Shown: positions 37,974 to 48,452, numbered from the stretch's first letter. The stretch: DNA of 64,000 nucleotides from an uncultured archaeon (GCA_964430885.1 CAYSHM010000001.1:128001-192000); one strand, 5' to 3'. Notes: generated by a model not told the origin, from the sequence alone. Numbers and translations: made by a program.

Positions 37974-40900
37974 CTATCTCTTCTTCTTGATGATTTTCTT
38001 TTCTGAGTAATAAGCACCGATATTAGTTTTGGTCATCTTGTTTACTTCATTTTCTTCATATCTTTCTAACTTGTGCTCGTTCACATCATAATCATCTTCG
38101 ATCCTTTCGGATCGGACATCCTGCTCTCCGCCCCTCCCTGGTTGGAGATTATAGGGGTCATTGTTCGGAACTGAACTGCTGTCTGTCGGGTCACTGTTCC
38201 CTCGGTACTCCGCTGAATTGTTCCAGGTATCGCCATCGCAGTCCTCATCTCCGTCTAGAACGCCATTTCCGTCAGAATCTTCTTTGGTAGGCCAGAACTT
38301 ACCTTTATAGAGATCGGGTGCGATGACATGACCAGTTGGCTTATAATCCGTTGTGAAGAGTTTTGTTGACAGATTAAATATTTCTTCCCATCCGCGGGCT
38401 AGAGTATCATTGTCCTCATAGGGGGAGGCCTTGGAGGCATTCAGGGGATAATCCATGAAGAAAATCTCCTTACCATCAGCAACAGAATCCCCGTCAACAT
38501 CATATTTATTTGGATTGAGGGTTACATCACTTCCGTTCACAGGGTCCCAATTTCCGTATTTGTATTCCATTTCCGAGGTCAAGGGATGATAATATTCCTT
38601 GACCATGGCTTTTCCGGTCGCACCATCAATCTCGTTGGGGTCTATCATATAATAAGTAGCTCCATCGGGATACCAGACCCCATCCTGATAATCCAAGGAC
38701 CATAAGGAATCGGTCATTTCAACTGAAACGTCTTCAATACTGTTCTTTTCTGCACTCCATTGCCTATATTGAACAGTGCCTGAAATCTCCACATCCTCTA
38801 TTCTCCCAGATGATTCATTCCATACGTCCAGCTCTACAGTTTCTCCCTTTTTCAATCCCATGGAATTCGCTTCGGTAGGATCAAGATACCATCCCCATTT
38901 TCCAGAGGTAGGTTTGTAAACCCAAGCTCGGTATTTAATTTCCCATCCGTCAGGAAGTTCATCACCGTCTGAATCCTCATCAAGAGGATCGGTGGTATTA
39001 TCCATTTCCTGGAAATTGTTCAGTCCGTCATTATCTGGATCGTCTTCGCCATCATATGGGTAAAGGGGATTGATTACGTATACTGCCGGTAATTCATCAT
39101 CCACCCTTCCGTCTCCATTGATGTCCAGGAACGATTCCCAACTGCCTGTGAATGGCCGGTCATAATGATTCTGGGAGTAGCTGGGGTCGAACCATACCTC
39201 GGCACCGTGAAACATTGTATAGTACCGGATGATGCTGATCTGCCTAGTCCTTCCATGGATGGCCTCCCATCCATCAAGTAAGCCGTCGTCATCAGTATCT
39301 GGATCTCTAGGGTCTGATGAATCAATTGTTTCATCATGAATATTCTTGTAAGGGTAGAAATCAGTCTTTATCTCTTTTCCATCCAGCAGTTGGTCGAAAT
39401 CGGTATCTGGCAGGGTTGGATGAGTGATATATCCATATGTGGAATAAACCTCTTCAGCATCCTCCAGTTCATCGAAATCAGTATCTTTATTGCATGGGTC
39501 AGGGTAAACCCAGCCGAAATCCTCCATTTTCTTGCCGAAAACCTCTTCTACATCCTGAAGTCCATCTAGATCGGTATCAGGGTTTGAAGCATTAGTGGGA
39601 TGGAAAGTTAGGCTTCCATCATGGGTTTGACCATTCACTTCTTCCCAATCATCCAAGACTCTAGAAGCGTTCTTCTCGTCAAAGTCCATATCCGTATCGG
39701 CATTGGATGCGTTGGTATAGTAAAGGGAAACGAATCCTTCTACAGTATAATATACGCCATCGATGAGTTCTCCGTAGAAACCTTCAAGAAGTTCCACACC
39801 ATCTATTAATCCGTCTCCGTCGGTATCAGGGTTATTTGGGTTTGTGCTGTATGGATACAGCTCAGTTCCGGTGTATTCTAGAAGATTGGTGAGGTTATCC
39901 CTTTCAAATATGTATTCGCCGGGCACCGCGATAGAATCTCCATTCTCATCGATCCATCTGGTATCTACATCCAAGTCGGAATCAGCTACAGTTGGATCTA
40001 AACTTGTCACGTAATAATTGAAATCATTCGGGCCATAAGATGAATCATAGTTGATGAGTAAAGCATTAATGGCTTCCCATCCATCAGGAATCATATCCCC
40101 GTCAGTATCGCTGATAAGGGGGTCTGTTGATTCCCACCATTTTTCATCTGGTGAAGGATAGGCAAATTCAAGATAATTAGAAAGGCCGTCATCATCAAGA
40201 TCCAGGAATCTATCGGACGCGTTAAGGGGATCCAGACCATAGTTTTTCTCCCAAGCATCCCACATGGCATCTCCGTCGGTATCGGGATCTATTGGGCTAG
40301 TATCTTCATGATGGACTTCCCACCAATCATAGAACTCATACTCATTGCCGTCAGGTGTTTTGAAGGTATCTCCATCTGTATCCCAGTTAAGGGGATCGGT
40401 TCCGGCCAAATATTCCTCAAGATTGGTCATTCCATCAGGCCTGTATTCTTTCTGCCCTACATATTGACTGGAAACCCTTTTGTTATTGCTTGCGATCGAG
40501 ACATGGCTGTAGGTTTCAATAATGGAAAGATCCATGTCTAGATCGGCATCATTAGGGTCCATAGGGTTAAGTGAAAAATTATAGTCGAAAATCTCATAGT
40601 TCTCGGAATTCTCATTGAACTGATATATTGTCACGTTTTTCTCAGTTCTCCAGTAGGTGGCACCATGCCATTTTTCCTCTGGCCGTTCATTCCCACCGTG
40701 GTAAAATTCATAGAAATCACCCATGCCATCATTATCCGAATCAAAAGAAGAGGGATTTGTAGTGGGGTAAATTGGTGTTCCCAGGTGTATCTGCCTCCAT
40801 GGGTCGTAGTCATTATAATCAAAGTTCTGGAGGGTGGCAGGGTTAATGTGCTCATCACACAGGTGGAATCCTCCCTGTTCGGCAATTTCCCTGAGAATCT

Positions 40901-41486
40901 TTGGTCTCTCACTTTCCAGGGTAAGGTCGTGCATCCTCTCTCTACCTATTATCTTCTCAATGCTTCCGTTACAGTATTCCTCCAGATTGGTTAGGTTTTC
41001 ACCGCCGTCCCAGTCTGCAGTATCCGAGAAATGAGCGTTCAATGCACCTGTCTTTGAAAGATCTAATCCATCACCATCAGGATTTGCCCCTGCATCCGGT
41101 ATGTTTGGATCGATTGTGAATTTGCCTGTTACTGGGTTTTTAACCATATAAAATGCTTCCCATCCATCCATCATACCATCACTGTCAGTGTCGGGATTTG
41201 AAGCGTTTGTTCCATAAACATAATTTTCCTCAATATCACTAAGTTTATCTGGTCTATCCAGTTCATTCTCGTCCTGAACGCCGTCTCCGTCATCATCCCA
41301 ATAATCTGAATCGGCCATTATTATTCCTGAAGCGCTAGCCACGGCTTCTTCCCATGGGTCAACGTCTTCAGCTTCCGAATAATCGCCTCCTCCTACACCG
41401 CCCAATATGTTTATTACAGCAAAACCTAAGCCGGCCAATAATAGAAAACCAACTAGGCTCAAGGTAACTCCTTTGACTACGTCCAT
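37974..41486 (-). CDS. N-terminally anchored protein with many thrombospondin type-3-like Ca-binding DxDxDG repeats
   Basis: Many TNPxxxDTDGDGxxDxxE-type repeats; N-terminal TM helix. Confidence 0.85.
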   Translation of the reverse strand: MDVVKGVTLSLVGFLLLAGLGFAVINILGGVGGGDYSEAEDVDPWEEAVASASGIIMADSDYWDDDGDGVQDENELDRPDKLSDIEENYVYGTNASNPDTDSDGMMDGWEAFYMVKNPVTGKFTIDPNIPDAGANPDGDGLDLSKTGALNAHFSDTADWDGGENLTNLEEYCNGSIEKIIGRERMHDLTLESERPKILREIAEQGGFHLCDEHINPATLQNFDYNDYDPWRQIHLGTPIYPTTNPSSFDSDNDGMGDFYEFYHGGNERPEEKWHGATYWRTEKNVTIYQFNENSENYEIFDYNFSLNPMDPNDADLDMDLSIIETYSHVSIASNNKRVSSQYVGQKEYRPDGMTNLEEYLAGTDPLNWDTDGDTFKTPDGNEYEFYDWWEVHHEDTSPIDPDTDGDAMWDAWEKNYGLDPLNASDRFLDLDDDGLSNYLEFAYPSPDEKWWESTDPLISDTDGDMIPDGWEAINALLINYDSSYGPNDFNYYVTSLDPTVADSDLDVDTRWIDENGDSIAVPGEYIFERDNLTNLLEYTGTELYPYSTNPNNPDTDGDGLIDGVELLEGFYGELIDGVYYTVEGFVSLYYTNASNADTDMDFDEKNASRVLDDWEEVNGQTHDGSLTFHPTNASNPDTDLDGLQDVEEVFGKKMEDFGWVYPDPCNKDTDFDELEDAEEVYSTYGYITHPTLPDTDFDQLLDGKEIKTDFYPYKNIHDETIDSSDPRDPDTDDDGLLDGWEAIHGRTRQISIIRYYTMFHGAEVWFDPSYSQNHYDRPFTGSWESFLDINGDGRVDDELPAVYVINPLYPYDGEDDPDNDGLNNFQEMDNTTDPLDEDSDGDELPDGWEIKYRAWVYKPTSGKWGWYLDPTEANSMGLKKGETVELDVWNESSGRIEDVEISGTVQYRQWSAEKNSIEDVSVEMTDSLWSLDYQDGVWYPDGATYYMIDPNEIDGATGKAMVKEYYHPLTSEMEYKYGNWDPVNGSDVTLNPNKYDVDGDSVADGKEIFFMDYPLNASKASPYEDNDTLARGWEEIFNLSTKLFTTDYKPTGHVIAPDLYKGKFWPTKEDSDGNGVLDGDEDCDGDTWNNSAEYRGNSDPTDSSSVPNNDPYNLQPGRGGEQDVRSERIEDDYDVNEHKLERYEENEVNKMTKTNIGAYYSEKKIIKKKR

Positions 41487-41916
41487 ATGTTATTCCCTCC
41501 TGGATATCTCTCTAACAGTATGATGTTCAGTGTATTCATGTTACATTTTACGTATTTTGGATATTTAAGTTTATTGATACACTTTTTAGATTTATTTGAC
41601 TCTTATTATGCATTCAGCCACTATATCTCGGATATAGTACAGGCCCCAATCGTAATTTGTTTTATTTATTTGTATTTATCATTTTATTTGAAATCTTTGC
41701 CCTTTGAATAAACCAAATATTGGCCATAGATACTGTCAGATAAACAATGGAAGATTACTCTTCGTTTCGAGTATAAATATCAATTTCTGAGAATTGTAAA
41801 AGAGTACTATTATAAACGAATGAGTTTCACACCTTCGAATTATAGGTTATCTGTAGATTGTTATATTGAAAAAAACCTTAGTGACGACAGAATATAAAGA
41901 ATCAATGGGTGATAAA

Positions 41917-42855
41917 ATGAGAATATTGGTGAATGATGCAACAGCAAAGGAAGCATTGGAGCTATTGGGTGAACATCATGAGGTTACAGCTCATCATTAC
42001 GAGCTAGAAGAACTTGTAGAAAAAATTGTGGATTTCGATGCGATTTTGATCAGAAGTGCAACAAAGCTACTTGATCCTAGAATTTTTGAAAACGGCAAAT
42101 CACTCAAGGTCATCGGCAGAGCAGGTGTAGGTACTGACAATATTGATGTATCTAAAGCGACCTCCCTTGGAATTCCAGTAGTATTTGCGCCTACGGGAGC
42201 AATGATCTCCGTAGCTGAACTTACCATAGGACATATGTTGGCGCTTTCCAGACATATTGTGAAATCGACAAATTCAATGAAGGAAGGCCAATGGCTAAAA
42301 TCAAAGCTCAAAGGTAATGAACTATACGGTAAGACACTCGGCCTCTTCGGATGCGGTAATATTGGTAACCAAACAGCCCTATTAGCTCAGTATTTAGGTA
42401 TGGAAGTCATTTATTGTGACATAGTGTGCAATCAGGAATTGGATGCGGAGCAGGTTCCCAAAGAAGAACTTTTATCTAGAAGTGATTTTCTATCCATGCA
42501 TCTTCCAAAAACACCTAAGACTACACATATAATATCACACGAGGAGTTTAAATTAATGAAGAATACCGCCTTCCTGATAAACTGTGCCCGGGGTGGAGTT
42601 GTTGATGAAGAAGCACTATATGAAGCTTTGAGCAATGGAGAGATTGCTGGCGCCGCTTTAGACGTTTTTGAAAAAGAACCCATTGACCCCAACAATCCAC
42701 TGCTTAAATTGGATAACATTCATTTCAGCCCTCATTTAGGAGCGAGCACAAAAGAAGCTCAGATCCGGGCAGGGACTATGACAGCAGGAGGAATATTGGA
42801 TGTTTTGGCAGGTGAAAATCCAAAATATTGCAAAAATCCCTCTGTTCTAAAGTAA
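41917..42855 (+). CDS. serA: D-3-phosphoglycerate dehydrogenase / D-2-hydroxyacid dehydrogenase (no ACT domain)
   Basis: IGRAGVGTDNID, GCGNIG, INCARGGVVDE, AALDVFEKEP, SPHLGAST; ATG 41917 follows a GGTGA RBS. Confidence 0.85.
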   Translation: MRILVNDATAKEALELLGEHHEVTAHHYELEELVEKIVDFDAILIRSATKLLDPRIFENGKSLKVIGRAGVGTDNIDVSKATSLGIPVVFAPTGAMISVAELTIGHMLALSRHIVKSTNSMKEGQWLKSKLKGNELYGKTLGLFGCGNIGNQTALLAQYLGMEVIYCDIVCNQELDAEQVPKEELLSRSDFLSMHLPKTPKTTHIISHEEFKLMKNTAFLINCARGGVVDEEALYEALSNGEIAGAALDVFEKEPIDPNNPLLKLDNIHFSPHLGASTKEAQIRAGTMTAGGILDVLAGENPKYCKNPSVLK

Positions 42856-42875
42856 AAAGGATTTAAAATCAAAAC

Positions 42876-42915
42876 ATGATTGGGGACTTTTCATAGTTTT
42901 CAAGATCCCAATCAT
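42876..42915. terminator. Inverted repeat between convergent serA and lrp genes
   Basis: ATGATTGGG (42876-42884) / CCCAATCAT (42907-42915). Confidence 0.45.
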
Positions 42916-42930
42916 TTACTTAAATGATTT

Positions 42931-43428
42931 CTATGTTTCATCAATCAGCTGATTATAGAGATCATTGTAAGAATCCTTAAGAATTCGGTTAGGAGTAAAT
43001 ATATAAGTCTGTTTTATACTAAGGAATTCAGACAGATCCGCCTGCAAGGAATGGAGGAAATCCTCGAGTTCCTTTTGACTTTTATAGATACAGAATAAAA
43101 TGTGCGTAATCTCTCGGCCCATTATTCTATAAGCGCCGACGACGTTAGGATATTTAATCAATTTTTCTTCGATTCTATTATTTCCTTTCAATTCCCATCC
43201 CTTGGATTTTATTTTTAAATGAACAAAGGATAGAGATTCTAATCCCATTTTATCAGCATCCAATCTGACAAAATATTTATCTATGGTTCCATCGGACTCC
43301 ATTTTCTTTCTAATTTTGCCCACACCAGCGGAAGAAAGATTTAATTTTTCAGCAATTCTTTTATTGGTTGTTGAAGGGCTTTTTACTATTTCCATTAAAA
43401 CCTTTTTCTTATTCTCTCTTGGTGACAT
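42931..43428 (-). CDS. Lrp/AsnC-family transcriptional regulator
   Basis: IAEKLNLSSAGVGKIRKKMESDGTI HTH followed by a RAM-like domain. Confidence 0.88.
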   Translation of the reverse strand: MSPRENKKKVLMEIVKSPSTTNKRIAEKLNLSSAGVGKIRKKMESDGTIDKYFVRLDADKMGLESLSFVHLKIKSKGWELKGNNRIEEKLIKYPNVVGAYRIMGREITHILFCIYKSQKELEDFLHSLQADLSEFLSIKQTYIFTPNRILKDSYNDLYNQLIDET

Positions 43429-43733
43429 AGGGTTCCCCCTTGATTATTACGGCGTAATGTCAGTATTTTTAATTAGCTTTATCATCTAAATTTATATTAA
43501 AAATATTGTAAAGATGTCAACCAAATCCCAAAATGTCTCTTTAAATAGGATTTGAAAAATGGTGTAAAAATATTTTCACTCCTCTATTGTAGGACAATTT
43601 TTCCGATAATATTTAAATATTCCTCATATTAATTATTTCAAATGTATATAATAAAAATTAATAAATAATAGCGAATGACCGGTAACAATAGTGCCGAATA
43701 GTCCTTATAAAAATACCTGAAGCCTATCCTTCC

Positions 43734-44216
43734 TTATATTTTCAAATTCCCTAGAATTAAAATTAACATCAATACTAAGAAAAATATTATATTTACATAT
43801 GTGAACACGGTGGAACTCTTCAATATGAAATCCAATAATATGGAAATAACTAACAAACAACAGCCCAAAGCTAAACTAGTCAATAATAATATTCTTGTCC
43901 TCCTCTTATCCAATGACCAGAATATTTCTTTTTCCATTTCATCTTCATATTTCAATTCTGTCAAGTAACTGGCGCTAGAACGGGAAAATGTAACTAAAAG
44001 GAAACCAAACAGCAACGTTAATAGTATTCCTCCAAAAACACATCCCACTTCAGGTTTGAAAATCAACGAATATATTAGGGATAAGACGGAAAGGAAAAGT
44101 ATTGAATATGCAATAATAACGAGATTTCTCAAATCCTTCTCAACCTCGAAATATTCCCCTCGCCCAATGAATGACATAACCGCCTTCTCCAATTCCATTA
44201 TCTCTTTCTCGGCCAA
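43734..44216 (-). CDS. Hypothetical 4-TM membrane protein
   Basis: Four hydrophobic segments; GAGGGA RBS; directly downstream of the Zn-ribbon gene. Confidence 0.7.
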   Translation of the reverse strand: MAEKEIMELEKAVMSFIGRGEYFEVEKDLRNLVIIAYSILFLSVLSLIYSLIFKPEVGCVFGGILLTLLFGFLLVTFSRSSASYLTELKYEDEMEKEIFWSLDKRRTRILLLTSLALGCCLLVISILLDFILKSSTVFTYVNIIFFLVLMLILILGNLKI

Positions 44217-44228
44217 TTAAATCCCTCA

Positions 44229-45746
44229 TCAAATTAAAAATTCCCTGCAATTACTACATATCTGTTCATCAGCCTTTAGGTCGGAATTGCAACAGCTGCA
44301 GAAAAATTGATCCGAAGGATCTTGAGCACCGCAGTTAGGACAGATCCATCTCTCATTTAAAAATGGTCTGGAAAACCCAGTGCATTTCCTACATATGCCC
44401 AATCGCTGGTATCTCTGGATTTTCTCTTCCTCATCATATCCCATTACCAATCTGAACAATGCTAATTTGATATTCTTTTTTCCCTTTTTGCCACGGTTTC
44501 CGATACCCATGCCTTCTTCATTATCATTACCTTTGAAGAGAATATCTACCATTTCATATTGATTAAGGTAAGGTTTCCCCATTTTCCAGGAGATATAGGT
44601 TTGATCGTTTGGAGGGAGGGTTTCTAAAAATTCCCTGGACAGAGTTTCATAGGATTCTTCCCGCTCATCATCAATTTCACGACCCAATAAATTATCTAGA
44701 ATACTTCTACTTTCAAAGCTTTTATTGCTGTCCCTGTCCGTACCGAAACCTTCAGGACGATATAAGTAGAAAAGCTGGTCATCATTATCTATTACAATTA
44801 TCGCCTGCCATCTAACAATTGTAGCATCTTTTCCGTCAATTTCCTCATTACTTTGGCTTCTAGCGTTGAAGAAGAGATTGCCGTAATCCGGTTCGATTTC
44901 TTCAATTTTCTTTTCTGAGAAACTACCTTTTTTTTCTTCTTCCTCTTCGTTATAATCCAAATGAATTTTTATATAAATTAGCTCATATCTGTACATCTGG
45001 ATAGTTGGGATGACCATAGGGTTGTGCTCCCCTTCTTTTAATTCTGCCAATTTCATGTTATATCTATCATTAATCACCCTTTTCTCCTCTTTGATCAATT
45101 CGTTATAACTAAACAATTCAAGCAGTTCACTTTTCAGATCGATGTCCTTAATTAGGTCAATTACCAATTTACCTAAATGACTATCTTTATCCATTTCAAA
45201 CTTGGATAATAATTGCTTAAGGGCCCCTTCACTTTGATGACTTGTGGAACCGATGTCATTTAAAATTTCTGACAAACACCATTTTCTCCAATTGAACAGT
45301 TCTTTTTTGAATTTGCCCTTCAGATCCTGGCTGTTCCTTAAATGCTCTTCTATTTCTCTGAAATTCATTATCAGGGGGTAGCTATTATCAATATCCTTGA
45401 AAGTGAAGCTTTCTAATAAAAGTCCGGAGCTTTCCAAATATGAAATTCCGATGTCGAAGTCAGCCGCAGCGAGATCAATAATGCATTCCGAGCATGCAGG
45501 AAAAGTTCGGTTCAGTAGGCCAAATACCATTATTTCAGTACTAATATATGGGTGCCTTAGATCACCGCATTCAGGGCAGAATCGCCGTTGAGTTAGCCCA
45601 ACTATAGTTTTTTCAATATTTTCCTTCTTATCCGGCTTCTTTTTCATGATTTTCACAGGTCCGTGCCCGCAGTGCTCACAGTAATAATCCTTGCAGAATC
45701 GGATCCGTGTACAATGACTGCAGTAGGCCAGAAAACCTATAGTCAT
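44229..45746 (-). CDS. Hypothetical multi-Zn-ribbon protein
   Basis: Eight CxxC motifs, four at each terminus, around a helical and acidic core. Confidence 0.7.
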   Translation of the reverse strand: MTIGFLAYCSHCTRIRFCKDYYCEHCGHGPVKIMKKKPDKKENIEKTIVGLTQRRFCPECGDLRHPYISTEIMVFGLLNRTFPACSECIIDLAAADFDIGISYLESSGLLLESFTFKDIDNSYPLIMNFREIEEHLRNSQDLKGKFKKELFNWRKWCLSEILNDIGSTSHQSEGALKQLLSKFEMDKDSHLGKLVIDLIKDIDLKSELLELFSYNELIKEEKRVINDRYNMKLAELKEGEHNPMVIPTIQMYRYELIYIKIHLDYNEEEEEKKGSFSEKKIEEIEPDYGNLFFNARSQSNEEIDGKDATIVRWQAIIVIDNDDQLFYLYRPEGFGTDRDSNKSFESRSILDNLLGREIDDEREESYETLSREFLETLPPNDQTYISWKMGKPYLNQYEMVDILFKGNDNEEGMGIGNRGKKGKKNIKLALFRLVMGYDEEEKIQRYQRLGICRKCTGFSRPFLNERWICPNCGAQDPSDQFFCSCCNSDLKADEQICSNCREFLI

Positions 45747-45858
45747 GATGAATATAATCCATTTATACTTTATAATATTTTGGTAGCATGTGTGCTGGAA
45801 CCAAGTAAAAATAAGAAATTTAGTATGTTGACGATTATTTTGATGTTAAGGCGAAAAA

Positions 45859-45955
45859 TGGGCCCGCCCGGATTTGAACCGGAGTTAATGCCAATCAGGA
45901 GTGCTTTTTCATCACTTCCCCAAGGCACAAGGATACCAAGCTACCCCACGGGCCC
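45859..45955 (-). tRNA. tRNA-Pro(GGG) with 24-nt canonical 37/38 intron (45894-45917)
   Basis: Acceptor GGGCCCG/CGGGCCC; GTGCC-TT GGG G|intron|T-GGCAT; bulge-helix-bulge with AGTG/CACT; mature length 73 nt; position after rpoN is typical for archaea. Confidence 0.92.
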
Positions 45956-46015
45956 ATCAGAGAATGAACATCAATAGATGAGCAAATATTTTGACCGTGA
46001 TGGACGAATGCCTAT

Positions 46016-46210
46016 TCACTCGTATTTCATCAGGTCATCTATGAGGTCGACATGAGCCAGGAATATTCTGCGGCAGCAATAATTTTCCAGTTTCAAGGAA
46101 TCCATTGCTTCCTTTGAATTTTCCCCCATCTCATTTATTCGGTATTTATACTGCTCATATAAATGACCAATCACCTTGCCGCAAGTATAACATCTAACTG
46201 GAATTATCAT
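46016..46210 (-). CDS. rpoN: DNA-directed RNA polymerase subunit N (Rpo10)
   Basis: [12 protein letters not shown]...YCCRR. Confidence 0.97.
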   Translation of the reverse strand: MIIPVRCYTCGKVIGHLYEQYKYRINEMGENSKEAMDSLKLENYCCRRIFLAHVDLIDDLMKYE

Positions 46211-46252
46211 TTTTTTGCCCTCGCGATGATTTGATATGTAATTATTTATTGA

Positions 46253-46663
46253 TTATCTGTAAGATTTCTGTCTCTTCTTTCTAGCCCCTCTTCCAAGCGG
46301 ATGTTTGGGTTCCTTTCTTCTTGTATCATTGACGAGCAATGTACGGTCATATTCCAAATAATGCTGTTTCAGTACATCGTCATTAAAATACTCCACTAAT
46401 GATTTTGCAATAGCTGTCCTAATAGCGTCGGTCTGCCCCATTATACCTCCACCTTTAACGTTAACAGAAATGTCAATTGTATCTTTCCTTTCAGGAATAA
46501 AATTGAGGGCCTCTTTGATCTTTAATCTTGCTAGATCGGTACTATAATGCTCCAGGGCCATGGAATTTATCCTTACAATCCCTTTCCCTGGTTTGACTCT
46601 GGATACTGCTATAGCGCTCTTTCTTTTTCCACTGGATATCACAATTTTATCTTCCTTGGCCAT
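46253..46663 (-). CDS. rps9: 30S ribosomal protein S9 (uS9)
   Basis: GKRKSAIA, GGGIMGQ, GARKKRQKSYR. Confidence 0.97.
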   Translation of the reverse strand: MAKEDKIVISSGKRKSAIAVSRVKPGKGIVRINSMALEHYSTDLARLKIKEALNFIPERKDTIDISVNVKGGGIMGQTDAIRTAIAKSLVEYFNDDVLKQHYLEYDRTLLVNDTRRKEPKHPLGRGARKKRQKSYR

Positions 46664-46665
46664 TT

Positions 46666-47088
46666 TTACTCACCCGATCCTTTTGCCCCAAGATGCAAAG
46701 AAACTTCACCAAGTGTAATATATTTTGGTGAAGTAAGCTCCATTGCCTGCTTGATCTGAATTTTATTAACATCCTTCAACTCATCTGGAATTCCCATATA
46801 TACCTGAAGTTTTGAAAAGGCATTCTTTCCTTTTTGCTTCTTGATGGGCAGCATCCCTTTTACAGTTCTTTTGAATATTCTATCTGCCCTCTTTGGATAA
46901 AAAGGTCCCTTTCTTCGATGAACCAATTCCCTTTTTTTCCGATATTTATCTATTATCATGGATTTCTTACCGGTAATTATTGATTTAGAAGCATTGACGA
47001 CCTTGATCTCAGTTCCTTTCAATAGTTCCTGCGCGATCAGAGATGCCACTCTGCCGAGAATATGTCCTTCTACATTGATCACCTTCAT
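46666..47088 (-). CDS. rpl13: 50S ribosomal protein L13 (uL13)
   Basis: ILGRVAS, KGPFYPK, RTVKGMLP. Confidence 0.96.
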   Translation of the reverse strand: MKVINVEGHILGRVASLIAQELLKGTEIKVVNASKSIITGKKSMIIDKYRKKRELVHRRKGPFYPKRADRIFKRTVKGMLPIKKQKGKNAFSKLQVYMGIPDELKDVNKIQIKQAMELTSPKYITLGEVSLHLGAKGSGE

Positions 47089-47092
47089 TCTC

Positions 47093-47455
47093 TCACCCCA
47101 TAATCCTTACTTCCTTACCTTTTGGATTCATGTTCACCAAGGTGGAAATGTCGATTACCTGGCCGCCAGCTTTCCTTATTTTTTCCTTTGCCATCTTGCT
47201 GGCCTTCACGGCAGCGACGGTCAATGAAAAATCGATATCTCCAGTTCCCAATAATTTACCAGGTACTACGATTGTATCTCCTTTTTGACAGTTTTTTGAA
47301 ATTTTGAATATGTTTACCTCTGCCCAATTATTGAGAGGTTTTTCCAATCGCTTAGCAATATCTCTCCAAATGGGTGCTTTTTCTGTCCACCCAACCTTTT
47401 TAAGGTCATTAATCAATTGTACCATCAACGGATTTGTTTTTTCCTTCTTCTTCAA
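47093..47455 (-). CDS. rpl18e: 50S ribosomal protein L18e
   Basis: KTNP...APIWRDIAKRL...VVPGKLLG; operon order rpl18e-rpl13-rps9-rpoN. Confidence 0.96.
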   Translation of the reverse strand: MKKKEKTNPLMVQLINDLKKVGWTEKAPIWRDIAKRLEKPLNNWAEVNIFKISKNCQKGDTIVVPGKLLGTGDIDFSLTVAAVKASKMAKEKIRKAGGQVIDISTLVNMNPKGKEVRIMG

Positions 47456-47747
47456 ATCGGCCCCTCCTGTGAAAATATAATCCCGAATTCTATCAGTTAA
47501 TCATTATTCTATCCTATTAATGACATATTGTTTGCCGAACTATGCGACCACCCTAAAACAGAGATATTATTTATTAACTTATTGTATATTTATTATATGA
47601 TGGATTTTTTATTTCTACCCAATAGGTGTTTAAATCAATAGTACATCACGGCTAGTTTAGTAAAAATAATTTGAGAATAAATACCATTTCCGGTCTATAA
47701 ATGACCCGGTTTACAATATGTGTTATTTAATATTTTTGGAAACATAT

Positions 47748-47762
47748 GGCAAACTTTAAATA
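47748..47762 (+). promoter_or_regulatory. Putative BRE-TATA promoter of the tail-like operon
   Basis: GGCAAACTTTAAATA about 90 nt upstream of ATG 47850; GAGGTGA RBS precedes the ATG. Confidence 0.45.
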
Positions 47763-47849
47763 GTAATATTCGTATTATTTCAGCAAATATCATGGAATGC
47801 AGTAATTATAAGAACCATGATAATAGTTAAAGAGAAATGAGGTGAAATA

Positions 47850-48251
47850 ATGCCAGAGTTAGTAAGCGCAAATAAAGTAGAGATATTATTTGATGGGGCC
47901 CCAATAGCTGGGATAAAAGGATTGACCTTCAAGGTATATAAGGACAAGAGGGAGATACCTGCCATAGGTTCTCCGGAAACATTCGGATATTCCTATGGTA
48001 AGCTGCATATACGAGGCCAGGTCCTGGTTCATTCAAACAGTAAATTTATGAACGAGCACATGGAATCAGACACAACATTTCAGATAGTCGTTATGATGCC
48101 TGCAGATCCATATCAACCGGGTGTTGATGGGATTATGAAACAGATGACCTTCGACGAAGTTCATGTGGATGATAGGGAATTTTCTCTGGATGCCCATGGT
48201 TATGCAATAACGACCTATACATGGTCTGCAGTAAGGGTCAGAGAAGAATAG
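47850..48251 (+). CDS. Putative phage-tail-tube-like protein
   Basis: 133 aa with alternating beta-strand pattern; 'ILFDGAPIAGIKGLTF...EIPAIGS...G..HIRGQV...TFDEVHVDDREFS...YTWSA' follows the layout of contractile-tail tube proteins. Confidence 0.7.
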   Translation: MPELVSANKVEILFDGAPIAGIKGLTFKVYKDKREIPAIGSPETFGYSYGKLHIRGQVLVHSNSKFMNEHMESDTTFQIVVMMPADPYQPGVDGIMKQMTFDEVHVDDREFSLDAHGYAITTYTWSAVRVREE

Positions 48252-48265
48252 ATGTTCGATATATC

Positions 48266-48375
48266 TACTCCTTATTGAATAATCAGGAGTAATGTCCCTC
48301 TCACTCTTCAATCAGTGAAATGGTGGATTTTGTCCTCATTAGGCTCATCATATAGATTTGGAAGATGTGAGGGGG
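48266..48375 (+). promoter_or_regulatory. Two intergenic hairpins between the tube-like and tape-measure-like genes
   Basis: TACTCCT/AGGAGTA hairpin (about 48266-48291) and a long imperfect stem CCCTCTCAC-TCTTC-AATC / GATT-GAAGA-GTGAGGGGG (48296-48375). Confidence 0.55.
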
Positions 48376-48452
48376 TCGATTTTATGGAATCTGTTGCAAA
48401 TCAGTTGCAGCGGGCAACGCAGAATTAATGTTAAATAAAGAGGGAATTATGG

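Noticed and set aside
45663-45977. 104-aa plus-strand ORF
   Set aside because: Antisense to tRNA-Pro and to the Zn-ribbon gene start.
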